This document shows positions 54,061 to 64,000 of a stretch of 64,000 nt of DNA, piece after piece. Made by a program: the position numbers and the translations under genes. Every line of letters begins with the position of its first letter. The first letter of the stretch is position 1. Source of the stretch: Pseudescherichia sp. (lineage in GTDB: Bacteria > Pseudomonadota > Gammaproteobacteria > Enterobacterales > Enterobacteriaceae); contig NZ_DAMACX010000001.1 of assembly GCF_031998825.1 (NCBI RefSeq), positions 46,665 through 110,664 of the forward strand, given 5' to 3'. The notes under the pieces are model-generated. The model did no database searches. It saw only the letters and a list, made by a program, of their open reading frames with translations, and was not told the DNA's origin.

Positions 54061-56256
54061 TTAGAAGCTGTAGTTAGCGCTGACAGAGAAGTTACGCGGC
54101 TCACCATAGACAACGGTGCGGCTGTCGATGTCGGTCTCATAGGTTTTGTCGAACAGGTTGTCGACGTTCGCCTGCAGGGAGAACGCTTTAGTGACCTGAT
54201 AACGGGCAAACAGATCCACCAGGGCGTAGCTGCCTTGCTCAGCGCGCAGGGTGCCGTCCGCAACGGCAACGTTAGACCAGACGCGGTTCTGCCAGTTGAC
54301 GCCGCCGCCAACGGTCAGATCCTGAATGGCTGGCAAACGGTAGCTGGTAAACATCTTCACGCTGGTACGCGGCAGGTTCGGGTTAACCGCATCGCCTTCG
54401 CCATCGTTCGCCACGTAGCGGGTTGCGCCAAAGGTCATCTGCCAGTTATCGGTCAGCGCACCGTTGATCTCAAACTCAACGCCTTTGCTCACCGTGCCGT
54501 CCGCTTCGCGATAGGCAGTCTCACCGTTGCTGCCAGGTATGACCAGACCGGTAGACTGCGCCAGGTGATCCTGCTCAATGCGGAACACGGCAAGGGAGGT
54601 GGTCAGACGGCTGTTCATCCAGTCGGCCTTCACGCCCGCCTCATAGTTGTTGCCAGTGATCGGCGACAGGTACTTACGTTGTGCGTCGCGCTCGGTCTGC
54701 GGCTTGAAGATCGAGGTATAGCTGGCGTAGGTAGACCAGCTGTCGTTGATATCAAATACCACGCCCGCGTAAGGAGAGGTGTTGTTCTTCTCCATCTGCT
54801 GGTTCAGCGTATCCAGGTTGTACTTGGTATAGCGCGCACCGAGGATCACATGCAGCGGATCGGCCAGGGAGATGCGGGTCGCCGCATAGACTGATTTCTG
54901 GTGGACGGTGTCATCCTGGGCCAGGCTCAGCGGGTTCCAGTTGGTCTCCGGGAAGTTGCCGTTGTAACTCGCGTAGTTGCCCAACTGGGTATCACCAATG
55001 TTCTCCCAGGAGCTGTAGTAGATGTTGTTCTGGCGCGAGTAGTTAGTACCAATCATCAGCTCGTGCTGGCGGCCAAACAGATCGTAAGAGCCGTTAGCAA
55101 AGGTATCGATGGCGTCCACTTTACGCTTGCCGGTGTTGTAGCCGGTGCCGCCCACGTAAGGGTAGGATGCACCATACGGGCTGACCATCAGACCCGTGGT
55201 GCGGTCAACCTGGCCATCCAGATAGAGCTGCTTGCTGTCGAGCTCCTGCTCAGTATGAGTACCGTTGACGGTCAGCTGCCAGTTGTCGCCCAGCTTCTGT
55301 TTCAGGGTTGCGAAGGTACGCTCAGACTTTTTATCAACATAGGCCCACTCTGGCGCGGTGCTGAAGCTGCGATCCGAGTTAACGCGGGTGCCGTCAGTAT
55401 ACCAGCGTGGAATGCCGCCCCAGGTAGGGCTGTTGGAGTTGGTATCCTGGTAGTCATAGCCGACGGAGAAGGTCGTCGCGTCGGTCAGATCCACATCCAG
55501 CACGCCGTAGAAGAATTTTTTCTCCTGGCTATAGCGGTCCAGCCAGCTGTCATTGTGCTGGTAGCCTGACACCATGCGGCCCCGGATGCGACCGTCGTCG
55601 GTCAGCGGGGTAGAGAGGTCAGCCACGTAGCGCTGTTTGTTCCAGCTGCCGTACTCGGCGGAGACGTTGCCAACAAATTCACGGCTGTCGGCGTGCTTGC
55701 GCACCATGTTAATGGCGGCGGAAGGGTTACCGGAGCCGGTGGTCAGGCCGTTAGCGCCGCGAACCACTTCAATACGTTCATACAGGGCGGTATCGGAGAG
55801 GGCATCACCCATATTCCAGCGGGTCTCAAACAGGGTCGGAATGCCGTCGACCATAAAGTTATCTATCTCAAAACCACGGGAGTAGAAGTTGGTGCGCTCA
55901 GAGTCCGTCGCGCTTTGGGTAATACCGGTGGTGTTTTTCAGCACGTCGCCGAGGGACTCCAGCTTCTGATCCTGCATACGCTGTTTGCTGATGATGCTCA
56001 CGGACTGTGGGATATCACGCGGAACCAGCAGCATTTTGGTGCCTGAGGTAGTGGTTTTAACGCTGTAGTCCTGGCTCTCTTCATCGGCATAGCTGCTGGC
56101 TGCGGAGCCATCAACGATAACGGTATCGCCGCTGGTAGTGTCCGGCGTGGCGGCAAAGCCTGTAGCTGGCGCAAGTGCAAAGGCAATACAGACTGCCAGC
56201 AGTGACGGAGCGGCGGCAGGACATTGTCCATCCCTGGCGTGAACGGTGAAAGACAT
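54061..56256 (-). CDS. fhuE: TonB-dependent ferric coprogen/rhodotorulic acid receptor
   Basis: ORF 54061..56274. ATG 56256 lies after AAGGG. ...DYSVKTTTSGTKMLLVPRDIPQSVSIISKQRMQDQ (plug/TonB region) ... C-terminal ...GEPRNFSVSANYSF. Collinear with remembered E. coli FhuE. Confidence 0.93.
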   Translation of the reverse strand: MSFTVHARDGQCPAAAPSLLAVCIAFALAPATGFAATPDTTSGDTVIVDGSAASSYADEESQDYSVKTTTSGTKMLLVPRDIPQSVSIISKQRMQDQKLESLGDVLKNTTGITQSATDSERTNFYSRGFEIDNFMVDGIPTLFETRWNMGDALSDTALYERIEVVRGANGLTTGSGNPSAAINMVRKHADSREFVGNVSAEYGSWNKQRYVADLSTPLTDDGRIRGRMVSGYQHNDSWLDRYSQEKKFFYGVLDVDLTDATTFSVGYDYQDTNSNSPTWGGIPRWYTDGTRVNSDRSFSTAPEWAYVDKKSERTFATLKQKLGDNWQLTVNGTHTEQELDSKQLYLDGQVDRTTGLMVSPYGASYPYVGGTGYNTGKRKVDAIDTFANGSYDLFGRQHELMIGTNYSRQNNIYYSSWENIGDTQLGNYASYNGNFPETNWNPLSLAQDDTVHQKSVYAATRISLADPLHVILGARYTKYNLDTLNQQMEKNNTSPYAGVVFDINDSWSTYASYTSIFKPQTERDAQRKYLSPITGNNYEAGVKADWMNSRLTTSLAVFRIEQDHLAQSTGLVIPGSNGETAYREADGTVSKGVEFEINGALTDNWQMTFGATRYVANDGEGDAVNPNLPRTSVKMFTSYRLPAIQDLTVGGGVNWQNRVWSNVAVADGTLRAEQGSYALVDLFARYQVTKAFSLQANVDNLFDKTYETDIDSRTVVYGEPRNFSVSANYSF

Positions 56257-56571
56257 GGTGAACCCTTTTCGCAAGTTTAATAGTGTGCTCTGACCGATAC
56301 GTTGCCGATGCCGAGCGTGCTGTGTTTGTTTTCATGGTGCAATTGCGCATGAAAATGCAAATGCGAAATATACGCATTCATCTTATCGCTGTAAACAGAT
56401 GTAATATTTATTAAGTAAATTAGCGGAGCACTGTTAACGGTGAAAAATCAGGCGTAACGGCGGCGCATAATCCTAATGCGTGAAGAAAAGCGGCGTAATA
56501 GTTGAAACATCAGGAGATTCTCGATCATACTCTCTTGTTGAGTCCCGCAGTTATTCATTAAGGAAGACGTC

Positions 56572-56928
56572 ATGGCCGAAGAAACGATTTTCAGTAAAAT
56601 TATCCGCCGCGAAATTCCGTCGGATATCGTCTGGCAGGATGAGCTGGTCACGGCATTCCGTGATATCTCGCCGCAAGCGCCAACGCATATCCTGATTGTG
56701 CCTAACCTGCTGATCCCAACGCTAAACGACGTCTCCGAAGCGCACGAGCAGGCGCTGGGGCGTATGCTCACCGTGGCCGCGAAGCTCGCCGCGCAGGAGG
56801 GGATTGCCGAAGATGGTTACCGGGTGATCATGAACTGCAACCGCCACGGCGGCCAGGAGGTGTACCATATTCATCTGCATCTGCTGGGTGGCCGCGCGCT
56901 GGGCCCAATGCTGACACATAAAGGTTAA
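56572..56928 (+). CDS. hinT: Purine nucleoside phosphoramidase HinT (HIT family)
   Basis: 118 aa, [42 protein letters not shown]...HIHLHLLGG (HxHxHxx motif). Confidence 0.95.
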   Translation: MAEETIFSKIIRREIPSDIVWQDELVTAFRDISPQAPTHILIVPNLLIPTLNDVSEAHEQALGRMLTVAAKLAAQEGIAEDGYRVIMNCNRHGGQEVYHIHLHLLGGRALGPMLTHKG

Positions 56929-56932
56929 GTCT

Positions 56933-57307
56933 ATGCTGAGAGGAGGCCTGGCCGCGCTGCTGGCGCTGGCTGCATTGACCGGCTGTAGCTCACGTCCGGC
57001 GATTCCGGTGAGTGACGATCAGACGCTGGTGATGGAAGCCAACGTGCTGGCGGCCGGCATAAACGCAGAAAAACCGGTGCTGAATAACGCTGAGATCCAG
57101 CCCTCTGCGTCCTCAACGCTCTATAACGAACGGGGCGAAACCGCCACCGTAAACTATCGTTTTTTCTGGTATGACGCCAGAGGTCTCGAGATGCATCCGC
57201 TGGAAGCGCCCCGGCGCATCACTATTCCTGCGCATTCATCGGTAACGCTCTACGGCAGCGCCAACTATCTGGGCGCGCGTAAAGTGAGACTCTATCTCTA
57301 TTTGTAA
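56933..57307 (+). CDS. ycfL: Lipoprotein YcfL
   Basis: 124 aa, MLRGGLAALLALAALTGC lipobox. Position after hinT. Confidence 0.9.
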   Translation: MLRGGLAALLALAALTGCSSRPAIPVSDDQTLVMEANVLAAGINAEKPVLNNAEIQPSASSTLYNERGETATVNYRFFWYDARGLEMHPLEAPRRITIPAHSSVTLYGSANYLGARKVRLYLYL

Positions 57308-57317
57308 GGGGTGAATC

Positions 57318-57974
57318 TTGATCAATAAACTGGGGCGTTATGCGCTACTCACGACCGTAGCGATGATCCTTTCGGGATGTATTATGCGGGGCGAGCAGCA
57401 GCCCGCGCCCGTGGAAGAAGCCAAGCCGCAGCCGCAGCAGCCAATTGAACAGCCGCAGCCGCAGCCGGTTCCGGAGGTGCCGTCCGTGCCGACGGTTCCA
57501 TCCCAGCCGGGTCCTATTGAGCATCAGGATGAAACGGCGCAGCCTACTCCGCGCGAGCGTCATTTTGACTGGAGCGGGGCGGTCTCGCCGATGGTCAGCA
57601 AGATGCTGCAGGCGAGCGGTGCTTCCGGTGGTAGCGTGCTGCTGGTCGACAGCGTTAATAACCGTACCAATGGCTCGTTGAACACCGCTGAAGCCACAGA
57701 AGTACTGCGCGGCGCGCTGGCGAATAACGGTAAGTTTACGCTGGTCTCTGCCCAGCAGCTCTCCATGGCTAAGCAGCAGCTCGGCCTGTCGCCGCAGGAT
57801 AGCCTCGGCACGCGCAGTAAAGCGATCGGTATCGCCCGCAACGTTGGGGCGCAGTATGTGCTCTACACCAGCGCCTCCGGCAACGTCAATTCCCCCGCGC
57901 TACAGATGCAGCTGATGCTGGTGCAGACGGGCGAGATCGTCTGGTCAGGTAAAGGTGCGGTTCAACAACAGTAA
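57318..57974 (+). CDS. lpoB: PBP1b activator lipoprotein LpoB
   Basis: 218 aa, TTG start, ...AMILSGC lipobox, Pro/Gln-rich linker, C-terminal ...[41 protein letters not shown]... as in E. coli LpoB. Confidence 0.92.
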   Translation: MINKLGRYALLTTVAMILSGCIMRGEQQPAPVEEAKPQPQQPIEQPQPQPVPEVPSVPTVPSQPGPIEHQDETAQPTPRERHFDWSGAVSPMVSKMLQASGASGGSVLLVDSVNNRTNGSLNTAEATEVLRGALANNGKFTLVSAQQLSMAKQQLGLSPQDSLGTRSKAIGIARNVGAQYVLYTSASGNVNSPALQMQLMLVQTGEIVWSGKGAVQQQ

Positions 57975-58776
57975 TCCTGAGCGTGACGAGATCCTGTCAC
58001 GCTTTTTCCCTCACGCCGCGCTCGTCGCCAGCCCTGACCATACGGGGCTGAGCGGCGGGAGCTGCGTTATTGCCAACGGCCAGCAGCGGCTGGTGCTGCG
58101 TCAGCAGCATGCAGCCACCACGCCAGCGCCGTTTCTCCGTCAGTACCGCGCCCTGAAGCGCCTTCCGGACACCCTTGCACCCCGTCCACGGTGGCTGGGC
58201 CAGGGCTGGATGGCCGTTGACTATCTTGCAGGCGAGGTGAAAGCCACGCTTCCGGATCCCCATCCCCTCGCCGACTTGCTGTATCATCTGCATCAGCAGC
58301 CCCGTTTGGGCTGGCGGATAACCCTGCTGCCGCTGCTGGAGCGCTACTGGCAGGCCTGCGATCCTGCGCGTCGAACGCCGCGCTGGCTGGCGCGGCTAAA
58401 GCATCTTAAGCGTGAGCGCGAGCCGGGGGTTATCAGACTGGCTCCGTTACATATGGATGTGCATGCAGGTAATCTGGTACATACCGCCTCGGGCCTGCGG
58501 CTGATTGACTGGGAGTATGCCGGTGATGGCGATATCGCCCTCGAGCTGGCCTCGGTCTGGACGGCGGATGAGGCCGAGCGCCAGCGGCTTATTCGCGCTT
58601 ACGCCTGCATGGCAAATATAGAGAATACCCAGCTGGCGCAGCAGGTGCAGCGCTGGCGGCCCTGGGTGCTGATGCTGATGGCAGGCTGGTACGAGTGCCG
58701 CTGGCAGCAGACCAGGGAGCAGCAATTTATTATGCTGGCAAATGAAACATGGTGTCAGCTAGAGACAAAAGGATAA
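57955..58776 (+). CDS. thiK: Thiamine kinase
   Basis: 273 aa, GTG start overlapping lpoB, ...[35 protein letters not shown]... (APH-like kinase motif), collinear with E. coli ThiK. Confidence 0.9.
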   Translation: MRFNNSNPERDEILSRFFPHAALVASPDHTGLSGGSCVIANGQQRLVLRQQHAATTPAPFLRQYRALKRLPDTLAPRPRWLGQGWMAVDYLAGEVKATLPDPHPLADLLYHLHQQPRLGWRITLLPLLERYWQACDPARRTPRWLARLKHLKREREPGVIRLAPLHMDVHAGNLVHTASGLRLIDWEYAGDGDIALELASVWTADEAERQRLIRAYACMANIENTQLAQQVQRWRPWVLMLMAGWYECRWQQTREQQFIMLANETWCQLETKG

Positions 58777-58787
58777 GAGAGGTCAGT

Positions 58788-59813
58788 GTGGGTCCGGTAA
58801 TGTTAGATGTGGCAGGCTATGAGCTGGATGCGGAAGAGCGCGAGATTCTGGCGCATCCGCTGGTAGGGGGCCTGATCCTCTTTACGCGAAATTATCACGA
58901 TCCGGCGCAGCTGCGCGAGCTGGTGCGGCAGATCCGCGCCGCCTCGCATCATCGCCTGGTGGTGGCGGTGGATCAGGAGGGGGGTCGGGTGCAGCGTTTT
59001 CGCGACGGCTTTACGCGCCTGCCTGCGGCCCAGTCGTTCGCTGCGCTGCTCGGTATGGAGGAGGGGGGCAGGCTGGCCGAGGAGGCGGGCTGGCTGATGG
59101 CCTGCGAGATGATCGCCATGGATATCGATATCAGCTTTGCTCCGGTGCTCGACGTCGGCCACATCAGCGCGGCCATCGGCGAGCGCTCGTACCATGCCGA
59201 TCCGCACAAGGCGCTGGCTATTGCTACCCGCGTGATTGACGGCATGCACCGGGCAGGCATGAAGACTACCGGCAAGCACTTTCCAGGCCATGGGGCGGTA
59301 ACGGCGGACTCCCATAAAGAGACGCCACGCGATCCGCGGCCGGAGGCGCTGATCCGCGAGCATGACATGTCGATCTTTAGCTCGCTGATCCGTGACGGCA
59401 AGCTGGATGCCATTATGCCCGCGCACGTCATCTACAGTGAAGTCGACCCGCGCCCGGCCAGCGGCTCGCCGCACTGGTTAAAAACGGTTCTGCGCGGTGA
59501 GTTAGGCTTTAATGGCGTGATCTTCTCTGACGATCTCTCCATGGAGGGGGCGGCGATCATGGGCAGCTATGCCGAACGCGCTCAGGCCTCGCTGGATGCC
59601 GGCTGCGATATGGTTCTGGTCTGTAACAATCGCCAGGGGGCGGTGAGCGTGCTGGATAACCTGTCGCCGATCAATGCAGCGCGTGTTACGGAGTTGTATC
59701 ATAAAGGTTCGTTTACGCGTCAGGAGCTGGTTGCGTCCGCCGAATGGAAAGCGGTGAGCAGCAAACTGGAACAGCTCCAGGCCCGCTGGCTGGAGCGGTC
59801 AGCGGCCCATTAA
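58788..59813 (+). CDS. nagZ: Beta-N-acetylhexosaminidase NagZ
   Basis: ORF 58749..59813. GTG 58788 after AGAGAGG gives (M)[45 protein letters not shown]..., matching the E. coli NagZ N-terminus. Confidence 0.95.
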   Translation: MGPVMLDVAGYELDAEEREILAHPLVGGLILFTRNYHDPAQLRELVRQIRAASHHRLVVAVDQEGGRVQRFRDGFTRLPAAQSFAALLGMEEGGRLAEEAGWLMACEMIAMDIDISFAPVLDVGHISAAIGERSYHADPHKALAIATRVIDGMHRAGMKTTGKHFPGHGAVTADSHKETPRDPRPEALIREHDMSIFSSLIRDGKLDAIMPAHVIYSEVDPRPASGSPHWLKTVLRGELGFNGVIFSDDLSMEGAAIMGSYAERAQASLDAGCDMVLVCNNRQGAVSVLDNLSPINAARVTELYHKGSFTRQELVASAEWKAVSSKLEQLQARWLERSAAH

Positions 59814-59850
59814 CCCTCCCTGAAAGGGAGAGAGCACAGGGTGAGGACAG

Positions 59851-60393
59851 ATGATCATCTACTTACATGGTTTTGATTCAAACAGTCCGGGCAATCACGA
59901 GAAGGTACTGCAGCTGCAGTTTATCGATCCCGACGTGCGCCTGCTGAGCTACAGCACGCGCCATCCGAAGCATGATATGCAGCATCTGCTGAAAGAGGTC
60001 GATAAGATGCTGCAGCTCAACGTCGATGAGCGACCGCTGATTTGTGGCGTAGGCTTAGGCGGATACTGGGCCGAGCGGATCGGTTTTCTCTGCGACATCC
60101 GGCAGGTGATTTTTAATCCTAATCTCTATCCGCAAGAGAATATGGAGGGCAAAATCGACAGGCCGGAAGAGTATGCAGATATCGCCACCAAGTGCGTGAC
60201 CAACTTCCGCGAGAAGAACCGCGACCGCTGCCTGGCGATCCTCTCCCGCCACGATGAGGCGCTAAACAGCCAGCGTACCGCCGAAGTACTGCACGACTTT
60301 TATGAGATTGTCTGGGACGAAGAGCAGACGCATAAGTTTAAGAATATCTCTCCGCACCTTCAGCGCATCAAGGCCTTTAAAACCCTCGGTTAA
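59851..60393 (+). CDS. ycfP: UPF0227 esterase-like protein YcfP
   Basis: 180 aa, [43 protein letters not shown]... Confidence 0.93.
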   Translation: MIIYLHGFDSNSPGNHEKVLQLQFIDPDVRLLSYSTRHPKHDMQHLLKEVDKMLQLNVDERPLICGVGLGGYWAERIGFLCDIRQVIFNPNLYPQENMEGKIDRPEEYADIATKCVTNFREKNRDRCLAILSRHDEALNSQRTAEVLHDFYEIVWDEEQTHKFKNISPHLQRIKAFKTLG

Positions 60394-60404
60394 ATGAGTA
60401 TGAG

Positions 60405-60433
60405 CCGTACCTGGGCCCCAGGTGCGGTTTTTT
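60405..60433 (+). terminator. Intrinsic terminator of ycfP
   Basis: ccgtacctgg-gcc-ccaggtgcgg followed by T6. Confidence 0.7.
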
Positions 60434-60599
60434 ATTATCAGCATGCACTTTTTTCACTTATCAAATTTTATCAGTTATTTAGCGATAATAAATTACTTCT
60501 ACGCCTCTCATTTGTCATCCTATAAAAAGCGCGACTATCTACTTTTTAGATTCACGCCAGATTTATCTTACCCTATATAAATATATAAAAGGAAGAAAT

Positions 60600-61937
60600 A
60601 TGATGAATGATGCTGAATTGTGTGGCGATGAAAGCTTGCCGACAAATATACCTTTGGTTTGTGCTCTCTCGGTAGGTATCGAGCGCAATACGGATGTAGA
60701 CCAAAGTGCCAAAATTAACACCGAGCTTGCTACGGCGGCTGCGAATAACAAAGGGTTATTTTTCCCCGCAGGTAAATATCGGGTTGATGACAACATCATT
60801 GTGCCGACGAAAGGCTCTCTGGTTGGATCCCGAACAGGAACGACTCTTTTTTACTCTACGCTTCCTGCGGCACGTTTTATTGGCGATGATGTCTATGGCA
60901 ACGTGGTTGAAAATCTCATGATTAGTGATATTATTTTTGATAATATTGCAGTCTCTTTTTATGGTAATGCAAAGAGAAATATTACTGTTAGATACAATGC
61001 TTTTATTAATACAAAAACGCTACATACTCAACCCCAACTTTCCGTAGCGCATGGGAATTATGTTGTTAAAGGCAACGTTTTTATGCGCGGCAGAAATTAT
61101 CCTGGCGTCGGCCTTAGCACTTACAAAAGTAATAATTCTACAATAAGCTATAACTTTTTGGGATCCGCCAGCAATAAAGACAGAGCGAGCACCTATATCG
61201 ATACCCGTACCCGCAATTTGATAACTAAACTGGTCAATGCGAAAAATGCTGGCCAGCTTGTCATGGATGACGATCAGGGAAATTATGTTAGCGGATGGTA
61301 TGCAACCGATGAACTCAGGAACTCTTCATTTTTCAGAAACTTTTTTGCTGGTAATATTCAGCAAATGCTGTTTAACCCTCAAACTCAGCTAGAAGATATT
61401 CAGCGCGATCATATCATTTATATCAAACAATATGATAACGTTGATGTTTATCAAAACTATTTTACCGGATGGCCTACGACAGCGGCGGGGCAGCTCAAGT
61501 TCCGCAACGCTGAAAACCTCGTTTTTGCTGCTAACTACCTTGATACAACAAACTTTGATGCTCGCCCTTATAATCACAGCCCAAAATTATTTATGCGGAA
61601 TACATATATATTTAATAACTATGTACATGAGGGTAAGGTGACGTTCTGGCAGAATTTTGATGATAGTGATGAAAAGAGCATTGAGGTTGAAGACTATCTT
61701 GTGTTCAGTAATATTTTCTCCGCCGCGGACATGACTCTCGCCAGAATCACCCGAACGGAAAGAAACAGGAGTAGTAATTTTTACATTACTCAATCCAGCA
61801 ACCTCTATACCGATACAACAACCGAAGTTGTTGCCAGCAGCAACTTTAATAATATTACCCTGGAGGCAATGCATGCCAAAATCCCTGCGGATAAACAGCG
61901 TTTCCTGACGATGACGTACATTGCGCCTCAGAGCTGA
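60600..61937 (+). CDS. Right-handed beta-helix (pectate-lyase-fold) repeat protein, function unknown
   Basis: 445 aa, AAGGAAG SD. ...INTELATAAANNKGLFFPAGKYRVDDNIIVP... resembles the N-terminal motif of pectate-lyase-superfamily/tailspike-like proteins. Repeated N-x-[VIF]-x-x-N-x-F coils (ISDIIFDNIAVSF, VRYNAFINT, VKGNVFMRG, ISYNFLGS). Very AT-rich, no signal peptide. Confidence 0.6.
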   Translation: MMNDAELCGDESLPTNIPLVCALSVGIERNTDVDQSAKINTELATAAANNKGLFFPAGKYRVDDNIIVPTKGSLVGSRTGTTLFYSTLPAARFIGDDVYGNVVENLMISDIIFDNIAVSFYGNAKRNITVRYNAFINTKTLHTQPQLSVAHGNYVVKGNVFMRGRNYPGVGLSTYKSNNSTISYNFLGSASNKDRASTYIDTRTRNLITKLVNAKNAGQLVMDDDQGNYVSGWYATDELRNSSFFRNFFAGNIQQMLFNPQTQLEDIQRDHIIYIKQYDNVDVYQNYFTGWPTTAAGQLKFRNAENLVFAANYLDTTNFDARPYNHSPKLFMRNTYIFNNYVHEGKVTFWQNFDDSDEKSIEVEDYLVFSNIFSAADMTLARITRTERNRSSNFYITQSSNLYTDTTTEVVASSNFNNITLEAMHAKIPADKQRFLTMTYIAPQS

Positions 61938-62080
61938 CCCCCTCTAGCTTACCTTCAAAACGCCCGGAAGATGCCGGGCGTCATAGAACCTCCAGCGTCG
62001 TTCCGATGTCGACAACATGTCGTAAACATACTTTTTTTCGCCCTTCGGCTGAAACCTGGTTATCTTTTATGCATCAAAAC

Positions 62081-62094
62081 TTGATATATATCAA
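62081..62094. promoter_or_regulatory. FNR box in ndh promoter region
   Basis: TTGATatatATCAA is a perfect match to the FNR consensus TTGAT-N4-ATCAA. E. coli ndh is known to be FNR-repressed. Confidence 0.65.
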
Positions 62095-62225
62095 TTTTGG
62101 TATGACCAATGCACCGTTCATGCTATTCTCAGGGTGTATTTGAACATTTGTGCGGCTAACTTGTTGTTAATTAAAAGCTATTTACATAACTTTTAGTTAA
62201 CAATTGGTTAATATTTTAGGGGGTC

Positions 62226-63533
62226 GTGTTGACTACACCATTGAAAAAGATTGTGATTGTTGGCGGTGGAGCTGGCGGACTAGAGCTGGCCACCCAGCTG
62301 GGTAAGAAGCTGGGTCGGGGTAAAAAAGCCAAAATTACCCTCGTCGATCGCAACCACAGCCATCTGTGGAAGCCGCTGCTGCATGAGGTCGCCACCGGCT
62401 CGCTGGATGAGGGCGTGGATGCGCTGAGCTATCTGGCCCACGCGCGCAATCATGATTTCCAGTTCCAGCTTGGTTCGGTTGTGGATATCAATCGCGAAGG
62501 CAAAACCATCACCCTGGCCGAGCTGCGGGATGAGAAAGGTGAGCTGCTGGTACCTGAGCGCAAGCTGCCTTACGACACGCTGGTGATGGCGCTGGGGAGT
62601 ACCTCCAACGACTTCAACACGCCGGGCGTGAAAGAGCACTGTATTTTCCTCGACAACCCGCACCAGGCGCGCCGTTTCCATCAGGAGATGCTGAACCTGT
62701 TCCTGAAATACTCCGCTAACCTGGGTGCCAGCGGTAAAGTCAACATCGCTATCGTTGGCGGCGGTGCCACCGGCGTTGAGCTGTCAGCCGAGCTGCATAA
62801 CGCGGTGAAGCAGCTGCACAGCTACGGCTATAAGGGCCTCACCAACGAGGCGCTGAACGTAACGCTGGTCGAGGCGGGCGAGCGTATTCTGCCTGCGCTG
62901 CCGCCGCGCATCTCCGGGGCGGCTCATAGCGAGCTGACCAAGATGGGCGTGCGCGTGCTGACTCAGACTATGGTCACCAGCGCCGACGAAGGCGGTTTGC
63001 ATACCAAGGATGGCGAATATATCCAGGCCGATCTGATGGTGTGGGCGGCAGGGATCAAAGCGCCTGACTTTATGAAAGAGATTGGTGGTCTTGAGACCAA
63101 CCGTATCAACCAGCTGGCGGTGGAGCCAACGTTGCAGACGACCCGCGATGCGGATATCTATGCGATTGGCGACTGCGCCTCCTGCTCTCGTCCGGAAGGG
63201 GGCTTCGTGCCGCCGCGCGCGCAGGCTGCGCACCAGATGGCGACCTGCGCACTGCACAACATTATCGCGCAGATCAAAGGCAAGCCGCTGAAAGCTTACG
63301 TCTACAAAGATCACGGCTCGCTGGTATCGCTGTCGAACTTCTCCACCGTGGGCAGCCTGATGGGTAACCTGATGCGCGGCTCAATGATGGTCGAGGGGCG
63401 TCTGGCCCGCTTCGTCTACATCTCGCTCTACCGTATGCACCAGGTCGCCCTGCACGGTTATTTCAAAACAGGGCTAATGATGCTGGTAGGCAGCATCAAC
63501 CGCGTGATCCGTCCGCGCCTGAAACTGCACTAA
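62226..63533 (+). CDS. ndh: Type II NADH:quinone oxidoreductase NDH-2
   Basis: 435 aa, (M)[30 protein letters not shown]..., near-identical to E. coli Ndh. Start is either GTG 62226 or TTG 62229. Confidence 0.95.
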   Translation: MLTTPLKKIVIVGGGAGGLELATQLGKKLGRGKKAKITLVDRNHSHLWKPLLHEVATGSLDEGVDALSYLAHARNHDFQFQLGSVVDINREGKTITLAELRDEKGELLVPERKLPYDTLVMALGSTSNDFNTPGVKEHCIFLDNPHQARRFHQEMLNLFLKYSANLGASGKVNIAIVGGGATGVELSAELHNAVKQLHSYGYKGLTNEALNVTLVEAGERILPALPPRISGAAHSELTKMGVRVLTQTMVTSADEGGLHTKDGEYIQADLMVWAAGIKAPDFMKEIGGLETNRINQLAVEPTLQTTRDADIYAIGDCASCSRPEGGFVPPRAQAAHQMATCALHNIIAQIKGKPLKAYVYKDHGSLVSLSNFSTVGSLMGNLMRGSMMVEGRLARFVYISLYRMHQVALHGYFKTGLMMLVGSINRVIRPRLKLH

Positions 63534-63540
63534 GCCCATC

Positions 63541-63566
63541 GCCCCGTCGTCTTCCGGCGGGGCTTT
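63541..63566 (+). terminator. Possible terminator after ndh
   Basis: gccccg-tcgtcttccgg-cggggc followed by ttt (short T tract). Confidence 0.45.
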
Positions 63567-63724
63567 AGCATATCCTTCTGCTGATTTCCATCAGGTGGCT
63601 CAGATTTCTCTGAATCATTGTGATTTGCCACATAACCCCCCGTTATTTACCGCCTTTCTGATTGGCTTCTGTCCGCTCTGATTGCAGAATTATGACTATC
63701 AGAGCCAACCAGAGGGACTATTCA

Positions 63725-64000
63725 ATGAATAAATCCATGTTAGCGGGTATCGGAATTGGTGTGGCCGCTGCACTGGGCGTTGCTGCGGTGGCGGGCCTGG
63801 ACGTTTTCAATCGCGGCCCTCAGTATGCACAGGTGGTTTCTGCTACACCCATCAAAGAGACGGTAAAAACGCCGCGTAAGGAGTGCCGCAACGTGACGGT
63901 AACCCACCGACGTCCGGTTCAGGATGAGAATCGGTTGACCGGCTCGGTGCTGGGCGCAGTAGCGGGTGGCGTGATTGGCCATCAGTTCGGCGGCGGACGC
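63725..64000 (+). CDS. ycfJ: Outer-membrane/Rick_17kDa_Anti-family protein YcfJ (5' part; runs off window)
   Basis: ATG 63725. MNKSMLAGIGIGVAAALGVAAVAGLDVFNRGPQYAQVVSATPIKETVKTPRKECRNVTVTHRRPVQDENRLTGSVLGAVAGGVIGHQFGGGR..., matching E. coli YcfJ. The 80-aa minus ORF 63740..63982 is its antisense shadow. Confidence 0.9.
   Translation, partial: MNKSMLAGIGIGVAAALGVAAVAGLDVFNRGPQYAQVVSATPIKETVKTPRKECRNVTVTHRRPVQDENRLTGSVLGAVAGGVIGHQFGGGR

Noticed and set aside
56290-56400. Searched for a Fur box upstream of fhuE (for example gaaaatgcaaatgcgaaat, or gataagatgaatgcgtata on the minus strand).
   Set aside because: The best candidates match only about 11 of 19 consensus positions by eye. Iron regulation is expected from E. 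coli knowledge, but I cannot place the site confidently.

Overview
Enterobacteriaceae chromosomal window. The core genes are syntenic with the E. coli K-12 rne-to-ycfJ region. The left core runs rne (partial), rluC, yceF, yceD, rpmF, plsX-fabHDG-acpP-fabF, pabC, mltG, tmk, holB, ycfH, ptsG. The right core runs fhuE, hinT, ycfL, lpoB, thiK, nagZ, ycfP, ndh, ycfJ (partial). A roughly 38-kb accessory mosaic (about 15.98-54.01 kb) sits between the convergent genes ptsG and fhuE, bracketed by inverted near-identical copies of one terminator. It holds an OYE flavin reductase, an MscS-like channel and a frameshifted ISNCY-type transposase. Next comes an AT-rich four-gene operon: an unannotated 46-codon Cys-rich peptide, two TauD-like dioxygenases and a GT-A glycosyltransferase. 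A DUF1311 lipoprotein, a degenerate gene-remnant zone and an IS3 orfA fragment follow. The GC-rich block carries sugE behind a guanidine-II riboswitch, a LeuE-like exporter, two MocR regulators, a DapA-like aldolase, MFS and TDT transporters and a GNAT. Then come an RpiR/PTS-EIIBC/GH1 beta-glucoside module, a LysR/benzoylformate-decarboxylase/cyclase module and a GH78 rhamnosidase/GPH symporter/RhaS-like module. The island ends with a secreted hydrolase, a TacA-TacT module whose toxin is frameshifted, an intact hok-type toxin, and an ABM protein, a cysteine hydrolase and a GlxA regulator. A second small AT-rich islet, a beta-helix protein, lies between ycfP and ndh. No rRNA, tRNA or CRISPR array was recognised. 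The most interesting item is the peptide/dioxygenase/glycosyltransferase operon at 20.5-23.9 kb, which I read as a candidate undescribed RiPP-like pathway. All calls rest on reading the sequence and remembered family motifs; no searches were run.
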